Shown: positions 7,197 through 16,270, counted from the stretch's first letter. The stretch: 20,000 nt of DNA from an uncultured virus (IMG/VR IMGVR_UViG_3300021185_003430) (IMGVR_UViG_3300021185_003430); one strand, 5' to 3'. A program made the numbers and translations. Notes: generated from the letters alone by a model not told the origin.

Positions 7197-7826
7197 TTAT
7201 TGAGTACCTTCTAATTGTGGATCACTAACAGCGTTTTTAACCGGAACCACTCTTCTATTATGTTCAAATATTCTAGTAACGTTTCCTTCTTTGTCTACCT
7301 CAAAGGCAGGAAATCTAAGTATTTGTCTTGCTGATGTAAATGTCTTAGTTATGCTGTAAGATTCTATATAAGGATTTACATCAATTAAACTTACTGTAAT
7401 ATCCAGTTCTGACTCACGCATACTATAAGCATGTACTGCTACATAATATTTGCCTGGTTGTATTCCTCTCATAGTAATGGTTTCACCATTTACTCTGACT
7501 GCACTAACTACTCCATCAATAACAATAGTATCGTTGGCTATACCCAAGTCATCTTTATCCAAATACCAATTATTCCATTGCCTTTGAGTAAATCCAACGA
7601 ATGCACCAGTTTCTGTTTCTATCCAAAGATCCATATCTGAGGGAGACATATCGTCCCACTCTAGCATTAGTAAAATTTCTGCCTTTGTAGGAACATCAGC
7701 TTTTTTTGTTATAGGATTTATAAGTAAAAATGCTAAAATGAATAGCATAACAAATCCAATTAGTATGTTAAATAACATATCATTAAATGATAGGTTAGTT
7801 GTACCTGTTGTTCTAATTCTTTTCAT
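7197..7826 (-). CDS. ExbD/TolR/MotB-like single-pass subunit with an atypical beta-rich soluble domain
   Basis: Basic N-terminus, then TM LSFNDMLFNILIGFVMLFILAFLLI with a membrane Asp. C-domain LEWD..SDMDLWIE...LDKDD...ETIT...PGKYYVAVHAYS resembles YfaP/DUF2135-type domains. Confidence 0.7.
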   Translation of the reverse strand: MKRIRTTGTTNLSFNDMLFNILIGFVMLFILAFLLINPITKKADVPTKAEILLMLEWDDMSPSDMDLWIETETGAFVGFTQRQWNNWYLDKDDLGIANDTIVIDGVVSAVRVNGETITMRGIQPGKYYVAVHAYSMRESELDITVSLIDVNPYIESYSITKTFTSARQILRFPAFEVDKEGNVTRIFEHNRRVVPVKNAVSDPQLEGTQ

Positions 7827-7831
7827 TAATA

Positions 7832-8281
7832 TTATTTTTCCAATAAGTTATATTCTTGAGATACAACCTGTATCTTAATTAGGATATTTGAAACTAGTCC
7901 TGCTAATGTTGTTATAAGAGCAGTACTCATTCCTTTTGCCATATCTCCAATTACAATTTTCATTGCTTGTATATTACTTGGATCTATTTCTCCTAAGCTA
8001 TTACTAAGCATCAATATAAATCCAATCAGTGTTCCAACCATACCAATACTCATACAAGTTTCGGCTGAGAACCACGCTAATCCATATTCGTGCTTGTTAT
8101 AAAAGCTATTCCATCCTATGTTAAAGGTAGTTATACCCCATATTGCAATGATTACAAAACTAAGTTTAGTAGCATCTGCGCTCATTAGATAGTTATAGGC
8201 ATCGAAGTAAATCACTGCGATACCAAGAGTAATAAGTTGAATTACTGTAAGTAGCCACCATATCATAAAAGATTTAGTCAT
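7832..8281 (-). CDS. MotA/TolQ/ExbB proton-channel family protein
   Basis: Four hydrophobic segments with signature SIGMVGTLIGFILML and GMSTALITTLAGLVSNIL. ATG 8281 preferred over TTG 8296. Confidence 0.88.
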   Translation of the reverse strand: MTKSFMIWWLLTVIQLITLGIAVIYFDAYNYLMSADATKLSFVIIAIWGITTFNIGWNSFYNKHEYGLAWFSAETCMSIGMVGTLIGFILMLSNSLGEIDPSNIQAMKIVIGDMAKGMSTALITTLAGLVSNILIKIQVVSQEYNLLEK

Positions 8282-8312
8282 TTTAATTTTTTCCAATTCT
8301 GTTGTCTATTAT

Positions 8313-8573
8313 TTATGTACAGTAACTGAGCTTGAATAGCGTAGCATTACTACTATCTTCACTAAAAATTACATAAACAAAGCAATTATCGTATAGGTGT
8401 TGCGTTAAATGTGCTCTTGCGTTATTTTCCTTAATATTATCCCTAGCAATACATATACTGCTAGGAAACTTATCTAATACTTCTAATATTTCAAAACCTG
8501 TTCCGTTTAATTGAAATACTTCTGCATTAGAATATTGATTAACACTGGTATAGTGTGTATGTTTGCAATCCAT
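8313..8573 (-). CDS. Hypothetical protein
   Basis: 86 aa ORF filling the gap; 35-nt overlap with the upstream gene. Confidence 0.55.
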   Translation of the reverse strand: MDCKHTHYTSVNQYSNAEVFQLNGTGFEILEVLDKFPSSICIARDNIKENNARAHLTQHLYDNCFVYVIFSEDSSNATLFKLSYCT

Positions 8574-9615
8574 TATCTATATTTTGTTTCTCCTTGAGGG
8601 CTACATCTAGTATAACAGACATTCCCATGTTCCAACTGTTTTTATCAAAACCTTTTCCTGTCATTGTTTTACTTATGATATTTGCCAGTGCTTCTACGCT
8701 TTCTTCTTCAACAAACTTATTACCTTCAAACATCCAATCATGCCATTGAAAGAATCTTTCATGGTTGACGTCTATTTCACATCCACTACATAACTTTTCA
8801 TATGCGATCTGGCTTAAATCACGTATTGGTAACATGAGAGTTTTCATTCGTATGCTTGTTGTATTCTGTTTATGCTGAATATCGTTAGTATAACCGTCTA
8901 AAACCATTTCCTTAAATTCTTCATAACCATTTTCCATTGCATAATGTATTCCATCTGTTGCAGCAAGTCTTAATAATGCAACCGGCTTGCCAATAAAATA
9001 ATTCATTGCTGTTTCAAGATCTACTTTCTTGTGAGATCTTGCTATAAAATATTCTATAACAGACTGGCAGTAATTAGCACTCTCTCTTAAATCTATAAAT
9101 CCATCTTCTATATCTTCATTTATAGCTTTGTCAACGGTTTCCAAGCTCATAGTGTGATCAAAGGGTTCTAGTACCCATGATTTATAATTATTAACATGTT
9201 CCATAAGTGCCATATAATTGGCACTTGTATAATTTGCATTAATTAAAGTATAATCTGACTCTCTAAAGGGCTTATACGGCACACTTCTAGGTAGGAATAA
9301 TTTATATTTACTCTGTCTCCACGGAACGCCATCCATGTCTACAAATCTATCTAATTTTTTAGGTATAAATTCTCGTGGATCTTCACTTTCATGAGCTCCT
9401 ATAAGAATATTATACAAGTCTCTAAAGTGAAGTGATTTATTTGTATGTTTATTATAAAATTGTACGTTTGTATAAGTGTTCTCATGCATGGATTGGTCAG
9501 ACATCATTGGTATGCCAACATTATTACTAAATGTTGACAAATGATTTAAAATTCCACTGTATTGACTACTGTTTTGTTCAAATGAAACATTTAAAACAAG
9601 TACATTATTATCCAT
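8539..9615 (-). CDS. Hypothetical protein (about 358 aa)
   Basis: Long ORF with no recognised motif. ATG 9615, overlapping the clamp-loader stop, is the likely start. Confidence 0.8.
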   Translation of the reverse strand: MDNNVLVLNVSFEQNSSQYSGILNHLSTFSNNVGIPMMSDQSMHENTYTNVQFYNKHTNKSLHFRDLYNILIGAHESEDPREFIPKKLDRFVDMDGVPWRQSKYKLFLPRSVPYKPFRESDYTLINANYTSANYMALMEHVNNYKSWVLEPFDHTMSLETVDKAINEDIEDGFIDLRESANYCQSVIEYFIARSHKKVDLETAMNYFIGKPVALLRLAATDGIHYAMENGYEEFKEMVLDGYTNDIQHKQNTTSIRMKTLMLPIRDLSQIAYEKLCSGCEIDVNHERFFQWHDWMFEGNKFVEEESVEALANIISKTMTGKGFDKNSWNMGMSVILDVALKEKQNIDNGLQTYTLYQC

Positions 9616-10531
9616 TAAATACTCTTGCAAGTTCAATCATAGTAGCACTCATATTAATTTCTGGATCTGCCACTTGGGTATGCTTAATCATACCTTCTCT
9701 TATTACAAGCACACAGCTATCATACTCTAGATCATTATTAGTATACAGATCTAAGTTTTGATATAACCAAGTAAATATATCGTTGTACTCATCTGCTCTT
9801 GCAGTGCTAACAATTAGCTTTCTTGCTTCACTAATTTTACCAGCCTTAAACAACTTAACCATATTTAGTCGCCATTCACTAGAGCTACCACCATCTTCAG
9901 GCATTGCAAGTTTACCATCAACAATAGTCATTTGTACTGTGTTAATAGTTTTACGTAAGTCAGGATAGTTAGCACGTACCATAGCATCTAGTGTATCAAT
10001 ATCAAACTCAATAGTATTATCTGCAAGGATTTCAGCAACACGTACTGTAAAGTCTGTTTGATCTAGTTGTTCAATATGGAAGCCTTGGCATCTGCTGTGT
10101 AATGCTGGAATAATCATGTTAGGATAGTTACATGTTAAAATAAACCTTACGCTGGCATGATATTGTTCCATAACACCACGCAATGCCGCTTGTCCTTCAG
10201 GACTAATATGATCCGCCTCATCAAGTAAGATAACTTTAAAATCTCCCCAAGGCATAGTTTCACTAAACGCACTAATACGTTTGCGAATCATTTCAACACC
10301 ATTATCTCTACTAGCATTGATGTATAGCACATCAGCTTTTTCTACATTTAGCTCTTGTATAAGCACTTTTGCTAATGTAGTTTTACCTGTACCTGGGCTG
10401 CCACTGAAAAGCAAATGCGGAATACCCCCATCATCAATCCAGTTTTGTACTTGCTTGCGCTGATCCCCGTCGCGAAATACATATGTATCTACACTACTAG
10501 GACGATACTTTTCAACCCATAATTCTTTCAT
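9608..10531 (-). CDS. Sliding-clamp loader AAA+ ATPase (RFC small subunit / T4 gp44 family)
   Basis: LWVEKYRP, Walker A GSPGTGKTT, INAS, Walker B ILLDEAD, QAALR, FILTCNY, SRC arginine finger. Confidence 0.96.
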   Translation of the reverse strand: MKELWVEKYRPSSVDTYVFRDGDQRKQVQNWIDDGGIPHLLFSGSPGTGKTTLAKVLIQELNVEKADVLYINASRDNGVEMIRKRISAFSETMPWGDFKVILLDEADHISPEGQAALRGVMEQYHASVRFILTCNYPNMIIPALHSRCQGFHIEQLDQTDFTVRVAEILADNTIEFDIDTLDAMVRANYPDLRKTINTVQMTIVDGKLAMPEDGGSSSEWRLNMVKLFKAGKISEARKLIVSTARADEYNDIFTWLYQNLDLYTNNDLEYDSCVLVIREGMIKHTQVADPEINMSATMIELARVFNG

Positions 10532-10677
10532 ACTCTATCCTTTTTAATATATTCTACAGGCACTTCAGGGTTATTGTCAAGTATTTCCTGATCTGTAAGT
10601 TCTTCAGGTACACGAATACCATACTTATTGAACTGTACATATGCCCATTCTTCAAATTGCTCACGTGTTTTAAACAT
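10528..10677 (-). CDS. Small hypothetical protein
   Basis: Likely start MFKTREQ at 10677 with GGA upstream; ATGA overlap with the clamp loader. Confidence 0.65.
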   Translation of the reverse strand: MFKTREQFEEWAYVQFNKYGIRVPEELTDQEILDNNPEVPVEYIKKDRV

Positions 10678-10894
10678 CTTTATATTCCATCTCAGTTTTA
10701 ATATCGTCGCCTTGTTTATCCATTGCAATACTTAATGCAAGAGCCTGTATATCTGCAATTAAAATGTTACAAGCCTCTTTGTCATATGTTTTGCCACTTA
10801 GTTCACTGTACTGATTGCGTAATCTATGTAACTCAATTGATTTTTCATACATTACATTGATACGTCTTGTTAAACTTTCAATGGTGTGAAGCAT
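10670..10894 (-). CDS. Hypothetical helical protein
   Basis: 74 aa; TGATG overlap with the prs stop. Confidence 0.7.
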   Translation of the reverse strand: MLHTIESLTRRINVMYEKSIELHRLRNQYSELSGKTYDKEACNILIADIQALALSIAMDKQGDDIKTEMEYKDV

Positions 10895-11838
10895 CAGACT
10901 GATCTCACTTGAAACAGACTGCTCACACTTTCTTCATTAGTAACTCTACGGATAGCTTCTCCAAACATATTAGAAACACTAACTACTCTCGTTTTTTTAC
11001 AGTCATTAGGACAATTAAACTTAATACTGTCTGTAATTACAAGTTCTTCCAGTAAACTATCTTCAACTTTTCTGCATGCTTTTCCTGTTAGTACACCATG
11101 TGTAATATACGCACGAACACTAAGAGCACCTGCATCCATAATAGCCTGTGCAGCATTACATAGTGTGCCGCCACTATCAACAATATCATCCACTAGAATA
11201 GCATGTTGTCCTTTAACTTCTCCAATTAGTCCCATGACTTCACTTTCACCTGCACGTGGTCTACGCTTGTCTACAATAGCAATATCGCCATTAAACATGT
11301 CTGCAAACTTACGAGCTCTTACAGTACCGCCAGCATCAGGTGAAACAAATACTGTTCCTTCACTAACGTTTACATTATACTTGATATCTTTAGCAAATGC
11401 AATTCTGCTTGTTAAGTCGTCTACAGGAATATCAAAGAAGCCCTGTATTTGCCCTGCATGTAAATCCATTGTAAGGATCCTATCTGCACCAGCCTCTGTT
11501 AGTAAATTAGCTACCAATTTAGCTGTAATTGGAGTACGTGATGCACTTTTACGATCTTGGCGTGCATAACCAAAGTATGGAATTACAGCGGTAATACGAT
11601 TAGCACTACTACGTTTTGCTGCATCAATCATAACCATCAACTCCATCAGGTTATCATTAACAGGTGTGCTTGTAGACTGTACAATAAATACATCTTCGCC
11701 TCTGATATTTTCGTGAAATTCCACACTACATTCGCCATCTGCAAACTTACCAATGTCTGCAGGTACTAGGCTGGTAAAACAATGGTCTGCTACTTTTTGT
11801 GCTAACTCTGTATTACTATTGCCGCTTATAATTTTCAT
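10894..11838 (-). CDS. prs: Ribose-phosphate pyrophosphokinase (PRPP synthetase)
   Basis: [67 protein letters not shown]. Confidence 0.98.
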   Translation of the reverse strand: MKIISGNSNTELAQKVADHCFTSLVPADIGKFADGECSVEFHENIRGEDVFIVQSTSTPVNDNLMELMVMIDAAKRSSANRITAVIPYFGYARQDRKSASRTPITAKLVANLLTEAGADRILTMDLHAGQIQGFFDIPVDDLTSRIAFAKDIKYNVNVSEGTVFVSPDAGGTVRARKFADMFNGDIAIVDKRRPRAGESEVMGLIGEVKGQHAILVDDIVDSGGTLCNAAQAIMDAGALSVRAYITHGVLTGKACRKVEDSLLEELVITDSIKFNCPNDCKKTRVVSVSNMFGEAIRRVTNEESVSSLFQVRSV

Positions 11839-11839
11839 T

Positions 11840-12016
11840 TTACCTATTGCCCTCGCCCTTTATATTGAATATTCCGTTTTCCCAATTTTCAGCGCAATCT
11901 TCTGCATAGCGTTTGCTTTTACCATACAGGGTGCGTTCTTCTAATAGTGTATTCTCTTCGTAAAGATCAACAACATATGTCTTGACTTCACGAATGACAG
12001 CTTTTCGTTGTTTCAT
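11840..12016 (-). CDS. Small hypothetical protein
   Basis: Start reassigned to MKQRKAV at 12016, with GGAGG SD at 12025-12021. Confidence 0.8.
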   Translation of the reverse strand: MKQRKAVIREVKTYVVDLYEENTLLEERTLYGKSKRYAEDCAENWENGIFNIKGEGNR

Positions 12017-12043
12017 AGAACCTCCAGTTTTGTTATTGTTACC

Positions 12044-12071
12044 ATTATATAACAATCGTTAAGAAAGTCAA
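12044..12071 (-). promoter_or_regulatory. Sigma70-type promoter TTGACT-N16-TATAAT
   Basis: -35 at 12071-12066 and -10 at 12049-12044, immediately after the radical SAM stop. Confidence 0.75.
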
Positions 12072-12074
12072 TTA

Positions 12075-13472
12075 TTATTTCATGTAAGGAATGAGTTCTG
12101 GGTAATAATTTTTATAATCATTGCCACTTGTTTTATCTGAAAATATTATATATTGCTTTGTGCGCTCTGGCATTGTGTCGAACTCATTATTAAACCCTTT
12201 AATATAATTCATACAGTCATTTGTAAAGTGAATTACTCGTTCCTGATAGTCTTCATTTATACCAAATGTATGCAAATTATCTATACACCATTGCATTTCT
12301 TCTAGTGCTTGATTGCTTAATGTTTTAGGAAGCCATTTTACACTTACTGGATGCTGTAGTACTAAACTACTATGGAAATCTAGATTATATCTAGACCAAT
12401 CTGCTAAAATACTCTTCCAACGTAATGCTGCAAACATATTAAATGTTATAGTACCACTAATATCTGTATTTCCATGCCCTTTGCCAAAGTTTATTAACTT
12501 TTCCAGGTTTTCTTTGAGCAGATCTACATTACCATATGTGCGGAAATATTCATAACCTGCTAAATCACTATCAATACTAATTCTAAATGTAAGTTGATGA
12601 AACTGATCCCAATAGGGAAAGTATCTTTCTATATCTTTACCATTTAAGTTTGTACTATAGCTTAATGTTTTCTGATATGCATTTTCCTTGCACATAAACT
12701 TTAAATAATCTAAGTGGTCAGGTGCAATTAACGGCTCTCCTCCAGTGAATGAAACCTCTTCACTAGACTCCATTACATCCAAAACGTCTTGCTTGTACGG
12801 AGTTTCGCCTGTTAATGATTTTTTGTAAAATTTAGGTATGTGTTTTGCAGGTATATCTCTACCACTCTCACTTATGAGCCCTAAAACAGCTCTTTGATGA
12901 TTTTTAGGAGTATGGACTTCTATTTCATTAACAACCTGGTCCCAATTTTCCTGCTTGCTCATTGTTTCTACCCATTTTGTACTAGACTCAGGGCTACAAT
13001 GCATACATCTTTGATTACACAAACTACTAGGACGCATTTCAGCTCTTGTAATGTCTGAAATACGTCCTTGTTTTGGATTTTTAATAATATCCTGGATAAG
13101 TTTTTCCCATCTTTCATAGAATTGTGGGGTATCTTGATAATGATCTGGAATAGTAACACGATTAAAAAAGTTCATACGAGGGCTATAGCTACCATTATCT
13201 TCTGCAAGATAACAACTTTGGCAGTTTTTATGTTTTACCCCGTCATACAATTCTTGACGTATGTTTTCCATTTTTTCATTATTAAAAACACCACTAAATG
13301 GGCTATCTTTCCAATCACCTAGTCTAGTTTTACCTCTATAACAAGTATATACGGCACCACTTTGATCTAGATCTGCATTCATATAAGGTGCTAAACAAAA
13401 AGTCTCAGGGTTTTCTATACCACGATCTCGTAGCATATTTTCCATCTCAGACTTATTGTAGATCTTACGCAT
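12075..13472 (-). CDS. Radical SAM protein with N-terminal SPASM/twitch-like domain
   Basis: ETFCLAPY...TCY...CQSCYLAEDNGSYSPR; CNQRCMHC; FTGGEPL; YSTN; ISID...EYFR. Confidence 0.9.
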   Translation of the reverse strand: MRKIYNKSEMENMLRDRGIENPETFCLAPYMNADLDQSGAVYTCYRGKTRLGDWKDSPFSGVFNNEKMENIRQELYDGVKHKNCQSCYLAEDNGSYSPRMNFFNRVTIPDHYQDTPQFYERWEKLIQDIIKNPKQGRISDITRAEMRPSSLCNQRCMHCSPESSTKWVETMSKQENWDQVVNEIEVHTPKNHQRAVLGLISESGRDIPAKHIPKFYKKSLTGETPYKQDVLDVMESSEEVSFTGGEPLIAPDHLDYLKFMCKENAYQKTLSYSTNLNGKDIERYFPYWDQFHQLTFRISIDSDLAGYEYFRTYGNVDLLKENLEKLINFGKGHGNTDISGTITFNMFAALRWKSILADWSRYNLDFHSSLVLQHPVSVKWLPKTLSNQALEEMQWCIDNLHTFGINEDYQERVIHFTNDCMNYIKGFNNEFDTMPERTKQYIIFSDKTSGNDYKNYYPELIPYMK

Positions 13473-13473
13473 T

Positions 13474-14124
13474 TTAGTAAGTTTCTACAATTTTATCCGC
13501 AATTTTATATTTTACAGCTTCTTCTGCACTTAGCCATACATCTTCTGCAGGCAACAATACTTCGCGAATTACTTTTTCACTTAGTCCTGTGCATTTTTTA
13601 TAGTGATTAATCATACGTTCTGTACTTAATTCAAACTCTTTGACACGTGCAAATAATTCGTGTTCTTTACCGCCTGATCCCCATGAATACTGGTGCGATA
13701 GGATGCTTGTATTTGGTGTTAGTACACGATGGCCTTTAGCACCTGCCATAAACGTTAGTACACCACAACTTGCAATTAGTCCTAAGCCTACAGTATGAAT
13801 GGGAATAGCACTACCCTTCATAGTATCAATAAGTGCAAATGCAGCATGTACACTACCGCCAGGAGAATTAATAACTAATACTAATTTGTCTGGACGTTCG
13901 CTATCTGGAAGTAAGTTTTTTTCCATAATCCAATTAACAATTGGTTTTGTTGATTCATATGTGAAGCCATCTGCCATATAATAGTAGCCTGCATCCCACA
14001 TTACACTGCCAGGTTGTCTAGGTGGGGCTGGTAACCCTTTTGCCTGTGGACCACTGTCAGATTTTTCTACAATTTCCATTGCCAATTGTAAGGCTTCTTT
14101 GACCTGCTCGGTACTGTTATTCAT
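13474..14124 (-). CDS. clpP: ATP-dependent Clp protease proteolytic subunit
   Basis: INSPGGSV, GLIASCG (Ser), ILSHQ (His), EDVWLSAEEAVKY (Asp). ATG 14124 has a GGAGA SD and a TAATG overlap with GroES. Confidence 0.92.
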   Translation of the reverse strand: MNNSTEQVKEALQLAMEIVEKSDSGPQAKGLPAPPRQPGSVMWDAGYYYMADGFTYESTKPIVNWIMEKNLLPDSERPDKLVLVINSPGGSVHAAFALIDTMKGSAIPIHTVGLGLIASCGVLTFMAGAKGHRVLTPNTSILSHQYSWGSGGKEHELFARVKEFELSTERMINHYKKCTGLSEKVIREVLLPAEDVWLSAEEAVKYKIADKIVETY

Positions 14125-14438
14125 TATACTGCTTTCTCCATTGGATTTTCGTCTGATACTACCAGACAATCATTATTATCTATTAAATAAAGTTTAGTGT
14201 CTTCACTCAACTTAACACCAGTACTCCAACGACCGTGGTCTACTAGTAAATATTGCCCTTCAGTTAGCCAGTCAATATCTTCTCCTAGAGCAAATACTTT
14301 AAACCACCTGGGCCGAATACCACTAGTATCCTGGTCAGCATCTTTTAAAATAATTCCACCCTTGGTTCTGCGAAATCCATCTGGCTTATCAATCATTTCC
14401 GCCAATATTTTTCCTGGTAGTGCCTTAATTTTATCCAT
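14124..14438 (-). CDS. GroES/Cpn10-like co-chaperonin
   Basis: IKALPGKIL...RTKGGIIL mobile loop, VFALG, EGQYLLV, LYLIDNNDCLVV. Start MDKIKAL at 14438. Confidence 0.8.
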   Translation of the reverse strand: MDKIKALPGKILAEMIDKPDGFRRTKGGIILKDADQDTSGIRPRWFKVFALGEDIDWLTEGQYLLVDHGRWSTGVKLSEDTKLYLIDNNDCLVVSDENPMEKAV

Positions 14439-14439
14439 A

Positions 14440-14826
14440 TTATTTACCTTTTGACTTGTTTTTTGTTGTTTTTTCAACTTGTTCCATACTACCATCGTCA
14501 TACTCTATTTCAAAGTAAGTAGTACCATCAGCTCTAGCACGTTCTGCTCTACTTATTTCCTTTGGACCTTGATCCAATTGTACTTCCTGGGTATCCTCAG
14601 GTGTAGGATCTTTAATACCGAGTTCTTTAGTATCAGAACCTGGCACGTTATTTTTATAAAATTCTTTCTGAATTTTTTCTTTTGGTATTTCGATATTTCC
14701 ACGGTTATCAATGATATCTCCACGGGCGTTTAAATTATAGTTACTAACTGCACGTGTAGTCTCATTTTGTTTAACCAGAGCATTCATATCAATCACTCTA
14801 CCTCTTGCTGTTTTAACACTTTTCAT
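14440..14826 (-). CDS. Hypothetical phage-type protein
   Basis: KTARGRVIDM...NETTRAVSNYNLNARGD; ATGA overlap and AGGAG SD. Confidence 0.8.
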   Translation of the reverse strand: MKSVKTARGRVIDMNALVKQNETTRAVSNYNLNARGDIIDNRGNIEIPKEKIQKEFYKNNVPGSDTKELGIKDPTPEDTQEVQLDQGPKEISRAERARADGTTYFEIEYDDGSMEQVEKTTKNKSKGK

Positions 14827-15332
14827 TTTAAAAACTCCTTTATGTCTAAATTATACTTAATACTATCAATATGGTGTACATTTATTAGGTATAAAATATA
14901 ACTTGCTACACTAGACCCTCTGCCTACACCAAGCACAACGTCATTCTCTTCACAGATATTTACTAGATATACCAAAAATTTAAGTACAGGATACATACGC
15001 CTTTTTTTAAATTCTGCTAGTTCTAGATTTACTCTATCTAACTCAACTTGCGATTTGCACATTGAAATAATATGCTCTTCAATGTTAAGTTCTTTATATT
15101 CCTGCGGCATATTCCAATTATCAATATCAGTATTTTTTTCTACTATATTATCTGATAAGTCTGGAGTTTCCGCATTTATAGTAGGCATGTCATAGTTGGC
15201 ACACCAATTATTATATATATTTATTTCGTCTATTTCATTTACAACAATAGAATCTAAATTTTTACCCGATAACCACCCACTTATAATGTCTTGTGGTTCA
15301 ATTATCATCTGGTAGTTCTTGTTCATCTTCAT
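14823..15332 (-). CDS. DNA polymerase III alpha (DnaE) partial-domain protein
   Basis: RVNLELAEF...LGVGRGSSVASYILYLINVHHIDSIKYNLDIKEFLK matches the DnaE GPGRGS...IDPL.Y.LLFERFL segment. Only 169 aa. Confidence 0.85.
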   Translation of the reverse strand: MKMNKNYQMIIEPQDIISGWLSGKNLDSIVVNEIDEINIYNNWCANYDMPTINAETPDLSDNIVEKNTDIDNWNMPQEYKELNIEEHIISMCKSQVELDRVNLELAEFKKRRMYPVLKFLVYLVNICEENDVVLGVGRGSSVASYILYLINVHHIDSIKYNLDIKEFLK

Positions 15333-15576
15333 CCTCTACTGGTGGTTCCTCTCCAAGCCATACACTAACTCCATCGTTATTTCCGTCTGACTTTAAAAGC
15401 ATTGATGCTTTCTTACGTTCTCTTATAATATTAAGAAAAAAATTAAGTTGATCAATAATACCTTCACTCATTCCTGCTTTACTTGCAGATAAAACTTTTT
15501 TGAGCATAAACTTTTCGAACTCTAACACCTCGTTAAAATCCATATCTTCTAGTTCTTTATCGTTATGACTAAGCAT
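15298..15576 (-). CDS. Hypothetical protein with acidic tail
   Basis: 92 aa, GAGG SD upstream, overlaps neighbours. Confidence 0.75.
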   Translation of the reverse strand: MLSHNDKELEDMDFNEVLEFEKFMLKKVLSASKAGMSEGIIDQLNFFLNIIRERKKASMLLKSDGNNDGVSVWLGEEPPVEDEDEQELPDDN

Positions 15577-16270
15577 AGTGATACCTCAATGTCCTAAATT
15601 GTATACCATAGTCTAACACATTTTTCCAGTCTTGTATAGCATTACTATCAATAAAATTACATAATTTTTCATATTCATCTTCTTCATGTGCAATTAATGC
15701 ACATATGTCCAACAGAAAGATATCCATATTATACTTATTTTTAAGATCAGCAATATCTTTATTTTTATATGTTGAATTTTTTTCTGTTTCAAATAATGTT
15801 TTCCATCCTACATTTATATCATCTGTTTTGTTGTGTTTATTGATAATAAAATGTAGTCTGCTTGCTAATAAACTTGCTTCATACATATAGTTTGTTTGTC
15901 TAGATACAACAGGAATAATTACTTTGTTTAATCCAGATGATGCAAACATTTGTAATACTTCATCTTTGTTGTCGCCTTCTAAGTCATTACTAATACAATG
16001 TGGAAAAGTTTTAAAACAAATCTTGCTATGTTTTTCTATTTTTCCTCTTAGCAACTCATGGTCTATCATGCCAGAAACATCATCTTTATTTTGTTGTGAT
16101 GTACGCCATTGACATGCATCACTATCTAGGCATATGTCGTGTTCTGCTAATACCTCAAACTTACACTTAGGAAAGTTCTCATGCTGATTTATAAACCAAG
16201 TTACTAATGTACCAGCAGTACCTTTTTCGTATTGTACAAAGTATTTTTGAAGATTATCAAAGGTCCCCAT
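15569..16270 (-). CDS. Hypothetical protein
   Basis: Long ORF with N-terminal YEKGTAGTLVTWFINQH, a Gly-rich loop loosely like sulfotransferase/P-loop folds. Start uncertain; ATG 16270 chosen. Confidence 0.7.
   Translation of the reverse strand: MGTFDNLQKYFVQYEKGTAGTLVTWFINQHENFPKCKFEVLAEHDICLDSDACQWRTSQQNKDDVSGMIDHELLRGKIEKHSKICFKTFPHCISNDLEGDNKDEVLQMFASSGLNKVIIPVVSRQTNYMYEASLLASRLHFIINKHNKTDDINVGWKTLFETEKNSTYKNKDIADLKNKYNMDIFLLDICALIAHEEDEYEKLCNFIDSNAIQDWKNVLDYGIQFRTLRYHYA

Noticed and set aside
6614..8296. Calling the motor module Zorya (zorAB) or flagellar motAB
   Set aside because: Subunit A lacks the long ZorA tail and the large MotA cytoplasmic loop; subunit B lacks an OmpA-like domain; no zorC/D/E or flagellar genes are present.
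10894..11838. prs as the Adps enzyme of the NARP1 NAD+ reconstitution pathway
   Set aside because: The sequence looks like canonical full-length Prs, and there is no nicotinamide phosphoribosyltransferase-like (Namat) neighbour in the window.
12968..13159. 63-aa minus-strand ORF inside the radical SAM gene
   Set aside because: Out-of-frame nested ORF with no supporting signals.
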